Shown: in pieces, positions 1-11,632 of the stretch
How the letters are laid out: every line of letters begins with the position of its first letter
Numbering within the stretch: position 1 is the stretch's first letter
Assembly (NCBI RefSeq): GCF_000143415.4
Contig: NW_003314269.1
Span: 2,177,544 to 2,241,543 of the forward strand
DNA: 64,000 bases
Direction of reading: 5' to 3'
From: Selaginella moellendorffii
Taxonomy: Eukaryota > Plantae > Lycopodiophyta
Translations under genes and position numbers: made by a program
The notes under the pieces: generated by a model
What the model was told of the DNA's origin: nothing
Seen by the model: the letters and a program-made list of their open reading frames with translations, nothing else
Database searches by the model: none

Positions 1-898
1 CTTTCCCTGCTCTCTTGCTTGCGCAGCACCCTTTCCTTCGGGAGCACCAAACATGAGAAGCCCGGACCCGTTGATGTCCTGAGTAGCCACCACAATTTGC
101 GCAGCACCTGGTCCATCTCCAAAGGCTACCCCAGTAGGAACTGTGCCAAGGGGCACATTGAGCCTCAAAACACTGCAAAACGAAAGGCAAGATAGAACAA
201 AGAAAACCGGAAAAGCAAACGATACATACTGCAAGTTTTTGCTGGTGGGATCATCCAGCTTGAAAATGCGCACCACTCTGTCAGCACAGGCTGGTTGGAA
301 GAAGATCAAACAATCATGTCAAATACTCCAGACATCGAAAAAACTGATTTTTTTTTCTACCTGTAGCAAGGCCACGACTGTTGGACGAGAATGCAATGCC
401 CGTGATAGCATCGACATGCCCTTTGATAGCGTTGAGTTCCAAACGATGCCGAGGAGTAGGCCGTGCCTGCGCAATATGAGAATCAAAGACATTAGTCTCT
501 ACACTAACTAAAGAGAAACAAAACCTTCTCCAAAGATCCTACAAGTAAATTCAAGCACTAGCTTAGCTCTTGGATATTACCTTAGGCTTCACCTGTGGCG
601 CTGCCTTCTTCTTCCCAAGCTCCTGATCGGGGATCGCCGGAGGACGAGGAGGAGGGGAAGGGGGAGGGGGAGAAACTCGCCGCTTTCTAGCCGGCGGAGG
701 AGTATGCTGCTGCTGCTGCTGCTGCTTCGCTTGACTCGCGACACTGGATTTCTTCCTGATCAAGATCCATGCTACTGATCTCCACACAGCCAGCACAAAT
801 CCAGCGATGAAGCGGATTACGACAGCGCATGCGCATCCGGCAGCGGCAGATCCAAGAACGGCGAGTAGCAATGCGGTGCCGTCGTAGCTCTCTCCCAT
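1..898 (-). CDS. Transducin beta-like 2 (TBL2)-like WD40 protein, 5' part (runs off window)
   Basis: ATG at 898 with a hydrophobic N-terminal anchor. Spliced exons read LELNAIKGHVDAITGIAFSSNSRGLAT/ACADRVVRIFKLDD/LRLNVPLGTVPTGVAFGDG, a WD40 repeat typical of plant TBL2. GT-AG introns. Confidence 0.85.
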
Positions 899-951
899 CC
901 TAGCCCTACTGGTTTAGGGTTTTACAAAATCTTCGATTAGGGTTTTAGGCT
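899..951. promoter_or_regulatory. Putative bidirectional promoter with two telo-boxes
   Basis: 53 bp between divergent ATGs; TAGGGTTT at 915-922 and 938-945. Confidence 0.6.
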
Positions 952-3116
952 ATGGCTGCGAGGTGTCTGGCGAGCGCGCTGGTGCGAAGGCGCCCATGGA
1001 TGATGCCGATCGCGACTTCCTCCGCGATTACGAATCCAATGCGGTCGTTCTCGTCAGGCGCCGATGAGGAATTCCAGGTAGCGCCCGAAATCTTGAGGGA
1101 TCCGGCTATTGGCGACGCATTTCATCTGGATACAAGTAATTTGTGGACGATCTTTAGAGGTCCGGTGAGCCTTGTGGCTACGTTCCTGGACAGCGTTCAC
1201 GTTGCAACTGGAGCTCCCTGGTATGTTCGTGCTCGTTTCAAATATTTCGTTTTTACGTCTTTTCTTTTGATCAGGTGGATTGTCCTTGCGGGATCAACAA
1301 TTGCTGTGAGGGCGGCCCTTTTCCCTGTTACTGTGATCCAGCTACGAAAGACTGCCCAGCTCGCGCAACTCTCTGGAAAATGTAAGCTCCACTATGGCCT
1401 TTTGTGATCTCACTTCTCACACTTCACGTCCAGTGCCCTCGCCAGTTCCTCCTCCTGGGAGTGGTGTCACGCAGTTAGAGCAATTCAAGCTCTATTCTCA
1501 GAAACGAAAGGAGCTTGGAGTTCCCAGTCCTGCATGGTGTTTTGCTTCTCTTTTCGTTCAAGTAAGATTAGTAAGATTTTCATGAAAACAAAAAGATTTA
1601 CGTTTATTCTTTTCTCCACCAGGTGCCTATTTTCATATCCTGGACTTTAGCGATCAGAAACATGGCCATAAACAAGTACCCTGGATTTGAAACAGTCAGT
1701 AACAACTTTGGCTTTGTAAATATTTCTGATCCTTCTCCGCACAGGGTGGTGCTCTATGGTTTACAGACTTAACTGTTCCTGTCAGTGGAGATTTAGGAGC
1801 TCTCTTACCGATATCACTTTCCGTTGCATACATTTGTCATATCGAGGTAATTTTTGACTGGAGCTATTGTCAAATCTAGCGATTGTGCAGTAGGTGTCTT
1901 TGAAAGGAATTGAGCCAAAGCCCGGCATTGTGGGATCTTTGCTTTCGGTAAGAAAACTATTTTTCGAGCAGCGTACTTATGTTTCAAACAGTTCTACGGC
2001 TGGTGGCTGCGTTTCTGTGTGATTCCAGTCTGTATCTCGGGTTTTTATTTCCCTCAGGTATTTATAGCTTGGTTTGGTTCTGATCTTCAAGCTTTATTGC
2101 AGGGTGTTTTCATGTACTGGCTCCCGAACACTTTGTTCTCTCTTGCACAGGTATAAGCCGAGCAATTCTTATTCAGCTTCTTCGCGCTTGACGTTTATGA
2201 TTTCAGACACTATGTTTGAGAAGCAGCTATTTTCGAAAAAGATTAGGCTTGCCCGTGATGGTTGCACCTAAAGCTTCTGCTGATCCTCGTGCCTCTCAAA
2301 GCGAGACTCTTATAAAGGTAAGTTTATCTTAGTTCGAATGTGGTGAACTTTTATAATTTGCGCAGCTCGCTGCGGAACATGTCGTTCGCAAAAACCGTGA
2401 CGCAGCAGTCCAATGTTTGAAGTGAGTGTTCGTGATTGACATCTGGTATCACGTGTCTTTCATCGTTGAACTGGCAGGGCTGCTCTGAAAAAAGATCCGG
2501 AAAATGCGACAGCCTATTTCGCATTGGGAAAGTTGCATACAGACGCCAGTGAATGGGCTGAAGCAACAGACTTGCTTGCTCAAGCAGCTTCAAAGGTGTC
2601 GTTGTATCCGAAGCGTGTGTAGCTTGTCTCAATTTACTGTGTTTATCTGTTTAACAGGCCAAGGACAATAAGCTTCAAATTTCAGCCTACTTGGCGCTTG
2701 GAATCGCTCTGTACAAGCAGGTTGGTGTTTTCCATCGATGGCTACCGAATTCACTATATTGCTTGCAGGGTAAAATAGGCGAGGCCACAGCTGCGCTCAA
2801 GTGCGTGGCTAGCATGGAAGAACCTCAGGATGGCGCTTCCCGAAAGAAATATAATGTGGCCCTTGTGACTTTGGGAAGGTACCTATCTTTCAAACACGCT
2901 GATCTCTGAACTCTTTCTTCCTTTTCTTATTTCAGCTTGTTGAGCCAGGACGGACAGAAATTTGCAGCCTTGGAGTATCTTGAGCGGGCTGCACGGTACG
3001 ATCCCAAGGTTGGCGACCTTTATGTGGAACAGATCAAGAAGGAACTTGCTCAAGCTAAAGAAGTTGAGGAGGTCGAGGAAGCTGATGTTCAGACAGGAGA
3101 CAGTCATGTACGATGA
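952..3116 (+). CDS. OXA1/ALB3/YidC-family insertase with C-terminal TPR (OXA2-like, mitochondrial)
   Basis: Mitochondrial-type presequence. Exons read FLDSVHVATGAPW-WIVLAGSTIAVRAALFP, VQVPIFISW..AIRNMA..YPGFETGGALWFTDLT, QGVFMYWLPN, then TPR-like helices (ALEYLERAARYDP). Stop TGA at 3114-3116. Confidence 0.85.
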
Positions 3117-3188
3117 AAAGTTGAGGGCAAGAATTGGTAAGTGTTACGTACATTACAGTATTGACAATATCTTCTGCCAATTAGATCT

Positions 3189-5387
3189 TTAAACTGCGAA
3201 TAATCCTTGGATGGACTCTTTCATGGTGATCAAACGGAATTTTGTGTTGAAAGTGCTCCGGTTGTTCTTCCGGAGCCCTGGTAGGTGTACATTCGTTATA
3301 TATTCATTCCATCTGATTGACCCGATGTCAAAGCCAAAACCTTCTTTTTCTTCGGGCAGCATTTGCTCGTACAGTGTTTTGGTGTTCGTTATATCAAACC
3401 TGTAAGCAGGTTCAAAGCTGTTACAACACAGTTGAATCTCGGAGAAGATAGCTCACCGTCCTTTGTAAAAAGTGTAAGCGGAATAAGTTTCTACGAGCTG
3501 ATCAAGTCTCTCTGCGAGGATAGCGGTTCGTTTGGCAGAGTTTTGAAGCTTGCGGCTGCCAGATAACCGTGCAACCTGAAAAGAATAACAAGAATTTAAG
3601 GCAAGAAAGTTTGGAGGTCTTACATGGATCGGGAGGCTGTAGCAGAGAAACTTATGGACGGAGAATGCCAACTTGTTGTCGTAGAACGTCATCCTGCGCT
3701 CGACAGGATTTCCGTTTTCATCCAAGACTGGATTGGACTGGAAATACTCTTCGGTACACACTGCTAGTTCCCGGAACGTCAAGGGGTTCACTGTTGAAGA
3801 TCCAACGTGATAGACACTGAGGCCGGGGCGTCCAGCGTGAACGCTCATGGCTGCCAGAAGTGAGTTCACAACCATGTCTGCTGGAATCTACAGGCCACAA
3901 ACGAACTTGTCAGCGGACAGCAGTGACAAAGCAAAATGGCAACTCACGACATCGAGGACGCAGTCCGGATCAGCATAGAAACCCGTCAGGTGGCCAAGTC
4001 CATAGGCAAGAAGCATTGGGTCCATCATCCTGTGTAAGCTCACATTGTTTGCTCGCTATGCAGGTGGGAATACTTCACGTACCTTGTGCCTTGGATCCAG
4101 CCTCCAAATGGCTGTGCGGAAGTTCCTTCCACCACCGACGGGCGAAGAATGACCACGGGAACGTCTCCTCTGCTTTGGGTGACGAGCGTTTCGCCCATAG
4201 CTTTGGTGAAAACGTAAGTGTCTTGCCACCCGTGAAGCTGAGCTCTGCGGCATTACAAGTCAAGGCCAACACCTCCCAGTGACCGCGTACCTTTGCATTC
4301 CCAGCTCTTTTAGTTCCTCAGAAGTGGCTTTTATGTTTCTTACAGAGTCAATCTCTTTCCACACGTCCAGAGGAGGAGCTATACCGTTCGACATGCTAGC
4401 GAGAGGTTTTTCTAAAATTCTTCCTTGTCTGAGCCCGTTCGAGTATGCTGTCACCCAGATGTATCAAAACGAGAATCGTGTGCGGCTTGCGGCACTTACC
4501 AGTGGAGACGTGCAGGAACAACTGCAACCGTGAGCACTTCTTTGCAAACTCCAACAGGTTTAGCGGTCCTTTCGTGTTGACGGCCAGAGCTACGTCGTAT
4601 CTTACAGCCAAGAAAGGGAAATTGCAAAATCAGCGCAAGACTGGTACGTAGCCGCGAAGAACCAACCTTTCAAAGAACTTGGTGGTCGCGGCTGAGTTAA
4701 CCACAACGTCCAACTGGCTGAGGAGCTGCTCCTTGGTGTGCTTCTCGAGTCCCAGATCGTTCTTCTCCACGCTTCCGGGGATGGCAACGAGCTTCTCAAG
4801 CATGAACTGGCGATAGTCGGCCCCATACTCCTCCCGAATCAGCTCAAACAGCCTCGACTCCAGTATCTGCCAGGGAAAAATCAGATTCAGAGAAACAAAA
4901 ACTCCGGCAGGGAGGCGACTTACATCCTTCTCCAGTCTCTGCCGAGCCTTCTCGTGACTGTCAGCGTGCACGAGAAGGTAGATCTTGCTCACTTTCGGCT
5001 GCGCACGCAGGATCTTCTCAACAAGCACTGGAAAAACAAAGAGAGCAGACTCATACACGACGTTTCGAGCAGAACGCCAGTGCCACCTTTTCCGAGGAAG
5101 CCCGTAGCTCCAGTGATGAGGATTCGTTTGTTCTCCAAGAACGGGAGGATCCCAAGCCGCTGCTGCTCGACATGGTCAATCCGTGGAAAGGCAGTAGCAG
5201 TAGCAACAGCAGCAGTGGCAACATTGTCGCGCGTTATGTCCAGCGCGCAGCACAAGGCACGACGGCGAGTGGACGAAACCCGGTGCGTCTCCAGCCGCGA
5301 AGAACAAGCTATCGAGTTCCGACCACCGGAAGAACCAGAACCAGCTGACCGATAGATTGCCGCCTCGAAAGACAGGGAGGGAGCCAT
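3189..5387 (-). CDS. Fatty acyl-CoA reductase (alcohol-forming, MS2/FAR2-like) with probable plastid transit peptide
   Basis: [10 protein letters not shown] Rossmann motif, [20 protein letters not shown] (YxxxK), IPADMVVN and a C-terminal sterile domain. Ser/Arg-rich N-terminal extension. About 9 exons; stop TAA at 3189-3191. Confidence 0.93.
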
Positions 5388-5648
5388 TCTTCTGCACAGC
5401 AGGAGAGCATAGAATCAAGCGTTTTATCCTGTTGAGTGTTGGAGGAGGTCACGAGGTGGGAACACAATTCGATCGCATGTACAAGTCGGCAAAAAAGTTC
5501 CGGAGTGTTTGTGTCCACGCACTTGACATTCGATCTGCAATTACGCCCAAGCTACCCTCCACCACGCGATAGGTGGATTCAATTGACACCTGTGAAAGCG
5601 ATCCGGCGAGCGAGAGCTATCGATCTTCAAAGGAAATAGAGAGAAGTA

Positions 5649-5653
<5 letters not shown>

Positions 5654-5685
<32 letters not shown>
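5654..5685. repeat. (CT)n microsatellite
   Basis: About 16 perfect CT units upstream of the FAR gene. Confidence 0.95.
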
Positions 5686-5690
<5 letters not shown>

Positions 5691-6316
5691 GTGTAGTTGT
5701 TTTTTGTGCCGGGGAAGAGAGATCGAGGACAGGGTTCGGTTTGGAGGTCAAGCTTGGGTCCCTGCATCATAAAAACACAAGGAAGCGCAACACGCTGCTC
5801 TTCGAATACTTTCTCACCGCAGTGTTTTGAGCTGATTCGCTTTGACGTTTGCTCGATTATAGGTGGAAACGCTACACCTTCAATTGCGATAGGCTACAAG
5901 CCGTGTAGTCTTCCGCTGAATGCCTTTTGAAGTACTTTCTAGTCGGTAGAAATATGGTGGCATATACCATGGAAGCTTTGGTGTCTGATTCATATAATTA
6001 GTTAATTCTTGAGTGCTAGGGAACAAATTCTGGTAAAATGTTTTTTGTGCCCAATTTCAAAAGTTGGTACCAATTGAATGATCAAATATTTCTTTAACTA
6101 CCTGTTAAAGGACACTACTGGGGAGAAAAAGAAGGAAAGATGTTGGAAAGTGGCAAACAGGTTTCATGCGAGTGGGGCATTGGAATTCTGCCTGACTTAC
6201 GATTGTCAAAAAATAAATACGTAACTTAAAACTAAACTAGGTTAAGAATAGATTTAATGTGGAAAGATAAAAGTTTAATGGCCAAATTTGTACATAAAAA
6301 TGAATTAGTTCTTCCT

Positions 6317-7287
6317 TTAGTCTGCTGCATTAACAAGTCTCTTCGCAATTCCTGCTGTATATCTCCCTTGGTGCTCAGCCAACTCAAGCTCGGTCTGTGT
6401 TGGTAGCCTGGAACCATCACCAGCAAAAGTTCCAGCTCCATATGGGGAGCCACCCCTCAAATCATCCAGCTTAAACATTCCAGCACCAAATGTGTAGCCG
6501 ATCGGGATAAACACCATGCCGTGATGAGCAAGTTGAGTGATCGCAGTCCATCTAGAAGCAAGTCATAAGTTCAGAAGATCACTCGAAGCAAAAGATGGAA
6601 ATAACTCGGACTGACTTACGCCGTCGTTTCTTGGCCACCACCTTGGGTTCCACTGCTCACGAAGAATCCGGCTGGTTTTCCAGCCAGCTTTTGCTGCTGC
6701 CACAAACTCCCAGTAGAATCGAAGAAAGCTTTCATCTGAGCGGCCATGGCACCGTAACGCGTGGGGAATCCAAAGAGAAAGGCGTCGGCGGCTACGAGCT
6801 GTGCAGCGGTGATGGTTGGAATGGACTCATCCTTCGGCGGAGCGTGCATCTTGTCCAACACCGCCTGTGACAAGTTCTCCGCCACTCTAAAGAGAAATCC
6901 CTCCGCTCCATCCACGCTATCCACGCCTTGCTTGATCTTCTTGGCCAGAGCCTCGACGTGACCATACATGGAGTAGAATCTAAGCAAGCGTCGAGTGAGA
7001 ATGCGCTCTATCTTAGACCGAGATCAAAGATCGCAGGAGAAGAGAAAAAAAACTCACATAATGTAGACTTTGATGGTGGTTTCGGGAGGAGAAGATGGTG
7101 CTACCGCCGCTTCCACCGCTGGATCGTCCTCATTCTCGACTTGGGCTTGCTGGATTTCGTCCGGACCGCATTGGGTCTGTGGCGGATCATCTCCTGGATG
7201 ATCGCCTCCATCGGGCTTGGAGGAGAGCGGCGAGGAGCTCTTGTTCTTCCTGGATTTGCTGGGTATGCATCCGCCCCCTCTGCCCAT
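6317..7287 (-). CDS. NAD(P)H:quinone oxidoreductase, FQR1-like (WrbA/flavodoxin-like)
   Basis: [29 protein letters not shown] and [16 protein letters not shown] motifs. [12 protein letters not shown]-terminus (likely acylation). Three exons. Confidence 0.95.
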
Positions 7288-7512
7288 GACCTAAATGCCC
7301 CTCACTCGATCATCCCACTGGCACCCAGACAAAAGAGAAGAAGAAAAGGAGGATTTCTTCTTTTTTTTTTTTTGCTCGCTGCGTGGGATAATGTGCTATG
7401 ATGCAGTTTGTCTGTCCTTTAGCGAATTTGGCATCGTAAATCCAACTTAGCATTTCTTGCCAATGATCAACTTGTCTACTGACGTACCGTACGTAAGAAT
7501 TCAAGCATTATG

Positions 7513-8345
7513 CATTCCCAGCTCTTGAGCAGTGGCTTTTACGGAATTGATCTCTTTCCACACGTCCAGAGGAAGACCATTCGACGTGCTAGCGAGAGGT
7601 TTTTCTTAAATTCTTTCTTCCTTTTCTGAGCATCACCCAGATTTGCGGCACCTATTAACCGTGGAAACGTGCAAGAACGACTGCAACCGTGAGCACTTCT
7701 TGCGGTCGCTTACACAACCCAGAAAGATCGCAAAAAGACCTGACAATCAGCGCAACTTGCAACTCGTAGGTGGGAGCAAGAGTTAACCACAACGTCCAAC
7801 AGGCTTCCTTCCTCGGATCGATCACAATCGGAACACATTTCTGAGCGATTGGGACTGATGAATCTTCCCAACAGATCCCTTTGAAGTGTAGACCCTTGTG
7901 ACGCCAGCTGAGCTCTGAGAAGTTTGTCCGTGCTCCACACAATTACACTTAAAACAGATGATGTTTGATCGATGTTTTCTCGAGGAAACAACTAGCTGAA
8001 GGTGAAGATCTCCACCTAAGCTTTCTGGCAGTGTGTATGAAATTTGTAGCATTAACACGAAATATGGTGATATATACTGGCAATGAGAGTGATCTAAGAA
8101 CTCTTCCACCTGCGAAACTTCCACCTTTCTATAGTATTTTAGCGAGCTGCAATGGAAGGTGCCTTTGGCAAAGTTTTGGACCATGACAACGTGATATCGC
8201 AAAAAGAAGAGGTTTCAAGGATGTCGCGGTTGGGTAATTTAATCCTTTCTCCCCCGCGTCGTCGTGGACTTTTGCAAGTGTCCATGTTAAATTCCTGGAG
8301 AGCGGCTACACACAATCGTGCCTGCGCGGCGTACAAAGTCGGCAA
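7513..8345 (-). pseudogene. Degraded duplicate of the neighbouring FAR gene
   Basis: 7513-7800 aligns by eye to 4296-4714 (e.g. ATCTCTTTCCACACGTCCAGAGGA, ACTGCAACCGTGAGCACTTCTT, GAGTTAACCACAACGTCCAAC), intron sequence included, with many deletions. 8310-8345 resembles the FAR upstream region 5462-5492. Confidence 0.8.
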
Positions 8346-8437
8346 CTTGGGTGTTTCCTTCGTGAAATCTGGGTTTTATACGCAGCGCTGCCTAGCCTAG
8401 GATCGACCGAGCTAGGGGAATTTTGGTAATCCAATCG

Positions 8438-9154
8438 ATGGAAGAATCACAGCAGCAAAGCAGCAAATTCGATGCTCCCCCATCGCCCTATGTCCCGTCG
8501 CGTGTCTACTTGGCCCAGATCTACTGGAAGAAGCCCGCGATTGTGGTGCTCCGGGTGCTCCAATTCATCTTCTCGCTCATCGCATTCTCGGTCATGGCGG
8601 ATGTTCTTCACGACGTCCAAGGATCAATCAAATCCTTGAGGTATGTCCCAATTCTCTGTGAATGCCCCAATTCCCTCCCTCTCTCGCGCGATCTTGCACA
8701 CACCAATGAACGACGGACTCAAAGTTGCGAGTGCTCTTCTTTGCAGCTACACGGTGGCCATCGGTGTTTTGGCATGCGCGTACGCTTTGGCGCAGCTAAG
8801 TTTCTCGCTTTGGTGCGTGATCCGCGGCGCCACGTCTTCGGCTGGGGTGACTCCGCTGTACCAATACGCGACATTCATCTGCGACCAGGTCCAAACCAAC
8901 GCAATGCCGATGAGATTGATTCTCATGGTTGATCTTTTCTTTGGCAGATGAGCACTTACTTCCTGATCTCGGCCGCATCCGCCACAGCCACACTGATCGA
9001 CGTTTCCGGGGTGTGCGGTTCGAACGGGTCCGGCACCAACCTGTGCTCAAGATCCACTGCCTCCGTCACCTTTGCCTTCCTGGCGTTTCTCGCCTTCTCT
9101 GCCTCCTCGGTTCTCACAGGCTATTATCTCGTCAAATGCATCTTGAAAGCCTGA
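8438..9154 (+). CDS. CASP-like (MARVEL/DUF588) four-TM membrane protein
   Basis: LRVLQFIFSLIAFSVMA, YTVAIGVLACAYALAQ, FICDQMSTYFLISAASA and C..STASVTFAFLAF motifs. Typical three-exon CASPL structure. Confidence 0.92.
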
Positions 9155-9552
9155 AAAATCTGTTAAAACACAAAAATCAAAAACCCATTTTTTATATTTT
9201 TTTAATTTTGCTAAGACTAGTTTTTGGAAGGATACTGGAGGATAAGAAATCTGATCTCGCACAGGAGCTTGCTGACGATGAGATATACACTCACCAGCAT
9301 TTGCAAAAGCTGACAACTATGATATACTATTCACACCTGTACAAAAATCTTACAAACAGTGATAGTAGAGAAAGGAAGGAAGCAAATGCCAAGCAAACAA
9401 CTCCTACCTCCCAGGGCCAGCTACATTAACTCTATCATCTTCAGGTATTTGCTCGTAATTTCACCACCACTCCAAACTTTTAAGACTTTCGATCGCCTCT
9501 CTTAAATAGATGAGATATTTTCTTCTTGCATGCAGCCATGGCACCTGGAGAT

Positions 9553-10541
9553 TTACGGGTGGTGCCACTTGTTCTTGCTCTCGGGGCTGTACATCCTGAA
9601 AATCCAGGAACACAAGAAAGGATGAGAAAAAAGTTTTGACTCGGAAACTACAACCATCGACATGGAAGAAGCTCTCCCTGATCTTTCTTCAGGTGTCCAA
9701 GACACTGATCACTACCCTGCGTTTGTGTATGAGAAGTGATTGGTAGCGATTCTTACGATCTATGGACACCGAATCTGCTAAACTCTATCTTATCTAGAGA
9801 AACAAAAAAGTTCCTTAGAGCTCGTAAGAAATCCATGCAAGAAACACTAAAGCATGAAGAGATAGAGAACCAGCTAGAGCTCGGACGAACAAGGGCTAGA
9901 AACCAAGAACACGAGAGAGACGGCTTACCAGTCATACACAGACGGAGAGTTTGGTGTCACATTGTCGTAGCGAGCGGAGCCCTGGCGCTCCACTGCCCGC
10001 GCTCGCCCGGCTCCCGGATGGAACACCGATCGCCAAACGTTATCTTTGGGCGTGGTTCCTGTTCACGAGAAGAGCACAGTTAGATTCCAAAGACTCCCTC
10101 AAAATCTCGACAAGATAGCAAAGAATCGTGGGAGACAAGGCGAGGACTAGCAAGATCTTGCAGATATTACCAGGAGATCCAGCCATAGAAGATGGGGAGC
10201 CGACGCTAGAGGCGGCTCCCGTCGGGGTAGCCGGCGCGGACTCGTCGCCAAAGCTGGCCGATCGGATCAGCGGCGGGGGGCGGATGTTGATGCTCTGCGT
10301 GACCATGGTGCTGGAGCGCTGATATTTCGGGTCTCGCGCGCCAGGGGCGCCGAGCGGATCACCTGCCACAAAGATCGACCGTGTGAGCAAGAAAACGATC
10401 GCAATATCGCTGCCAGAGACCATCCAAGCCAGTGAGATCCCTGGCGACCGCCTTGGCATTCTTGTTGCGCAGCATTCCCAGGCCTCGATCCGGCTGAGGC
10501 CCGGCCACCACATCGTCCCACAGCTTGTCAAGAAGCCCCAT
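9553..10541 (-). CDS. Dormancy-associated/auxin-repressed protein (DRM1/ARP family), two candidate terminal exons
   Basis: MGLLDKLWDDVVAGPQPDRGLGMLR, DNVWRSVFHPG, PNSPSVYDW. Last exon is either 9716-9689 (VVISVLDT*) or 9595-9553 (MYSPESKNKWHHP*). Confidence 0.93.
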
Positions 10542-11632
10542 GGTGGATCAAAGACGAGCGATCGAGAGAGAGAGAAGACGCTGTAAACCCTCTCAAGAAG
10601 AAGAGGAAGAAGAAGAAGAGAAAACAAACAAGCTCTCTCTCTAAAGCCCTACCATGTCCCCCAAGCATCTTGCGATCGCAGCCGTCCACCCAATTACCCG
10701 CCATCACCGTGGCGTCCATCCGCCGGCCACGTCAGCCCGCCAGATATCGCTATCGTACGGCGAGAATATTCACCCTGTAGAGAGACCTTATCCGGTTCCC
10801 GACCGTCGGATCCGCGCCATCACGTGCCCATCGACGACTGCTTGCTGTCACGCGCGACGATTGGCCCAGATCACCATTTACCCACGGCGAAATCTTTCAC
10901 CCGGCCAGGAAACGAATCCGTCAAGATGCCAAAAGCATCTACGAGCGCATCCAACGGCGGGGAATTTTTCCGCGTGGAAAAGGAAGGAAATATAAAATGT
11001 GGTCGCCCCCACCCCCACCAAAACCCTAAAAAAAGTGACAACACAATTGTGAGCTCAAACCACACAAAAACGCACACTCTCCACTGCCCTATCTGCTCCC
11101 CTGTTCGTGCCCTGTTGGGGGCGACGGTGGCGACGCTCAATGGGCTCTTCTTCCTCGCCCATCAGGTCGCCTTTCCAACGAGCTCCATCTCGCCTAGTTC
11201 TATCCTTTTCCTTGGTTTTGTCCCCTTTGTTTTTTTTTTTTTTTTTTCTCTCTACTCTTCGTCTGGGTCGTGAGGTGAATAGCTCTTAGGGCAACCAAGA
11301 GCTTGAGAGCTCTCCAGGGAGAGAGAGCTAAGTAACTCCTCTACTGTCTCAGAGCTTTCTAGCGAAAGAAGAAGAAGAACGCAGCAGCAGCAAAAAAAAA
11401 AAAGATTTTTTTTCCTTGCCCTTTTTGTCAATTGCCTGAGTAGTTCCTCCTTAGGTCTCTCCGTCACGGCCTTGCTTGCTTGTCCGCGCGAGAGAGAATT
11501 ATTTATCCATACTGTTCTTCCTCTTTCCTTCGTGATTTTTTTTTTTGCTTTGTTCTTCCTCTTCACTCGGTTGGTTCTTTGCATGGGAGGTGTTTAATCC
11601 CCTTGGAGCTGCTCCTCCACAGCAGTAGAGGA

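Noticed and set aside
9753-9778. Third possible DRM1 terminal exon (TAGCAG acceptor giving CRFGVHRS* or an immediate stop)
   Set aside because: It does not restore the conserved Trp and resembles no tail I recognise.
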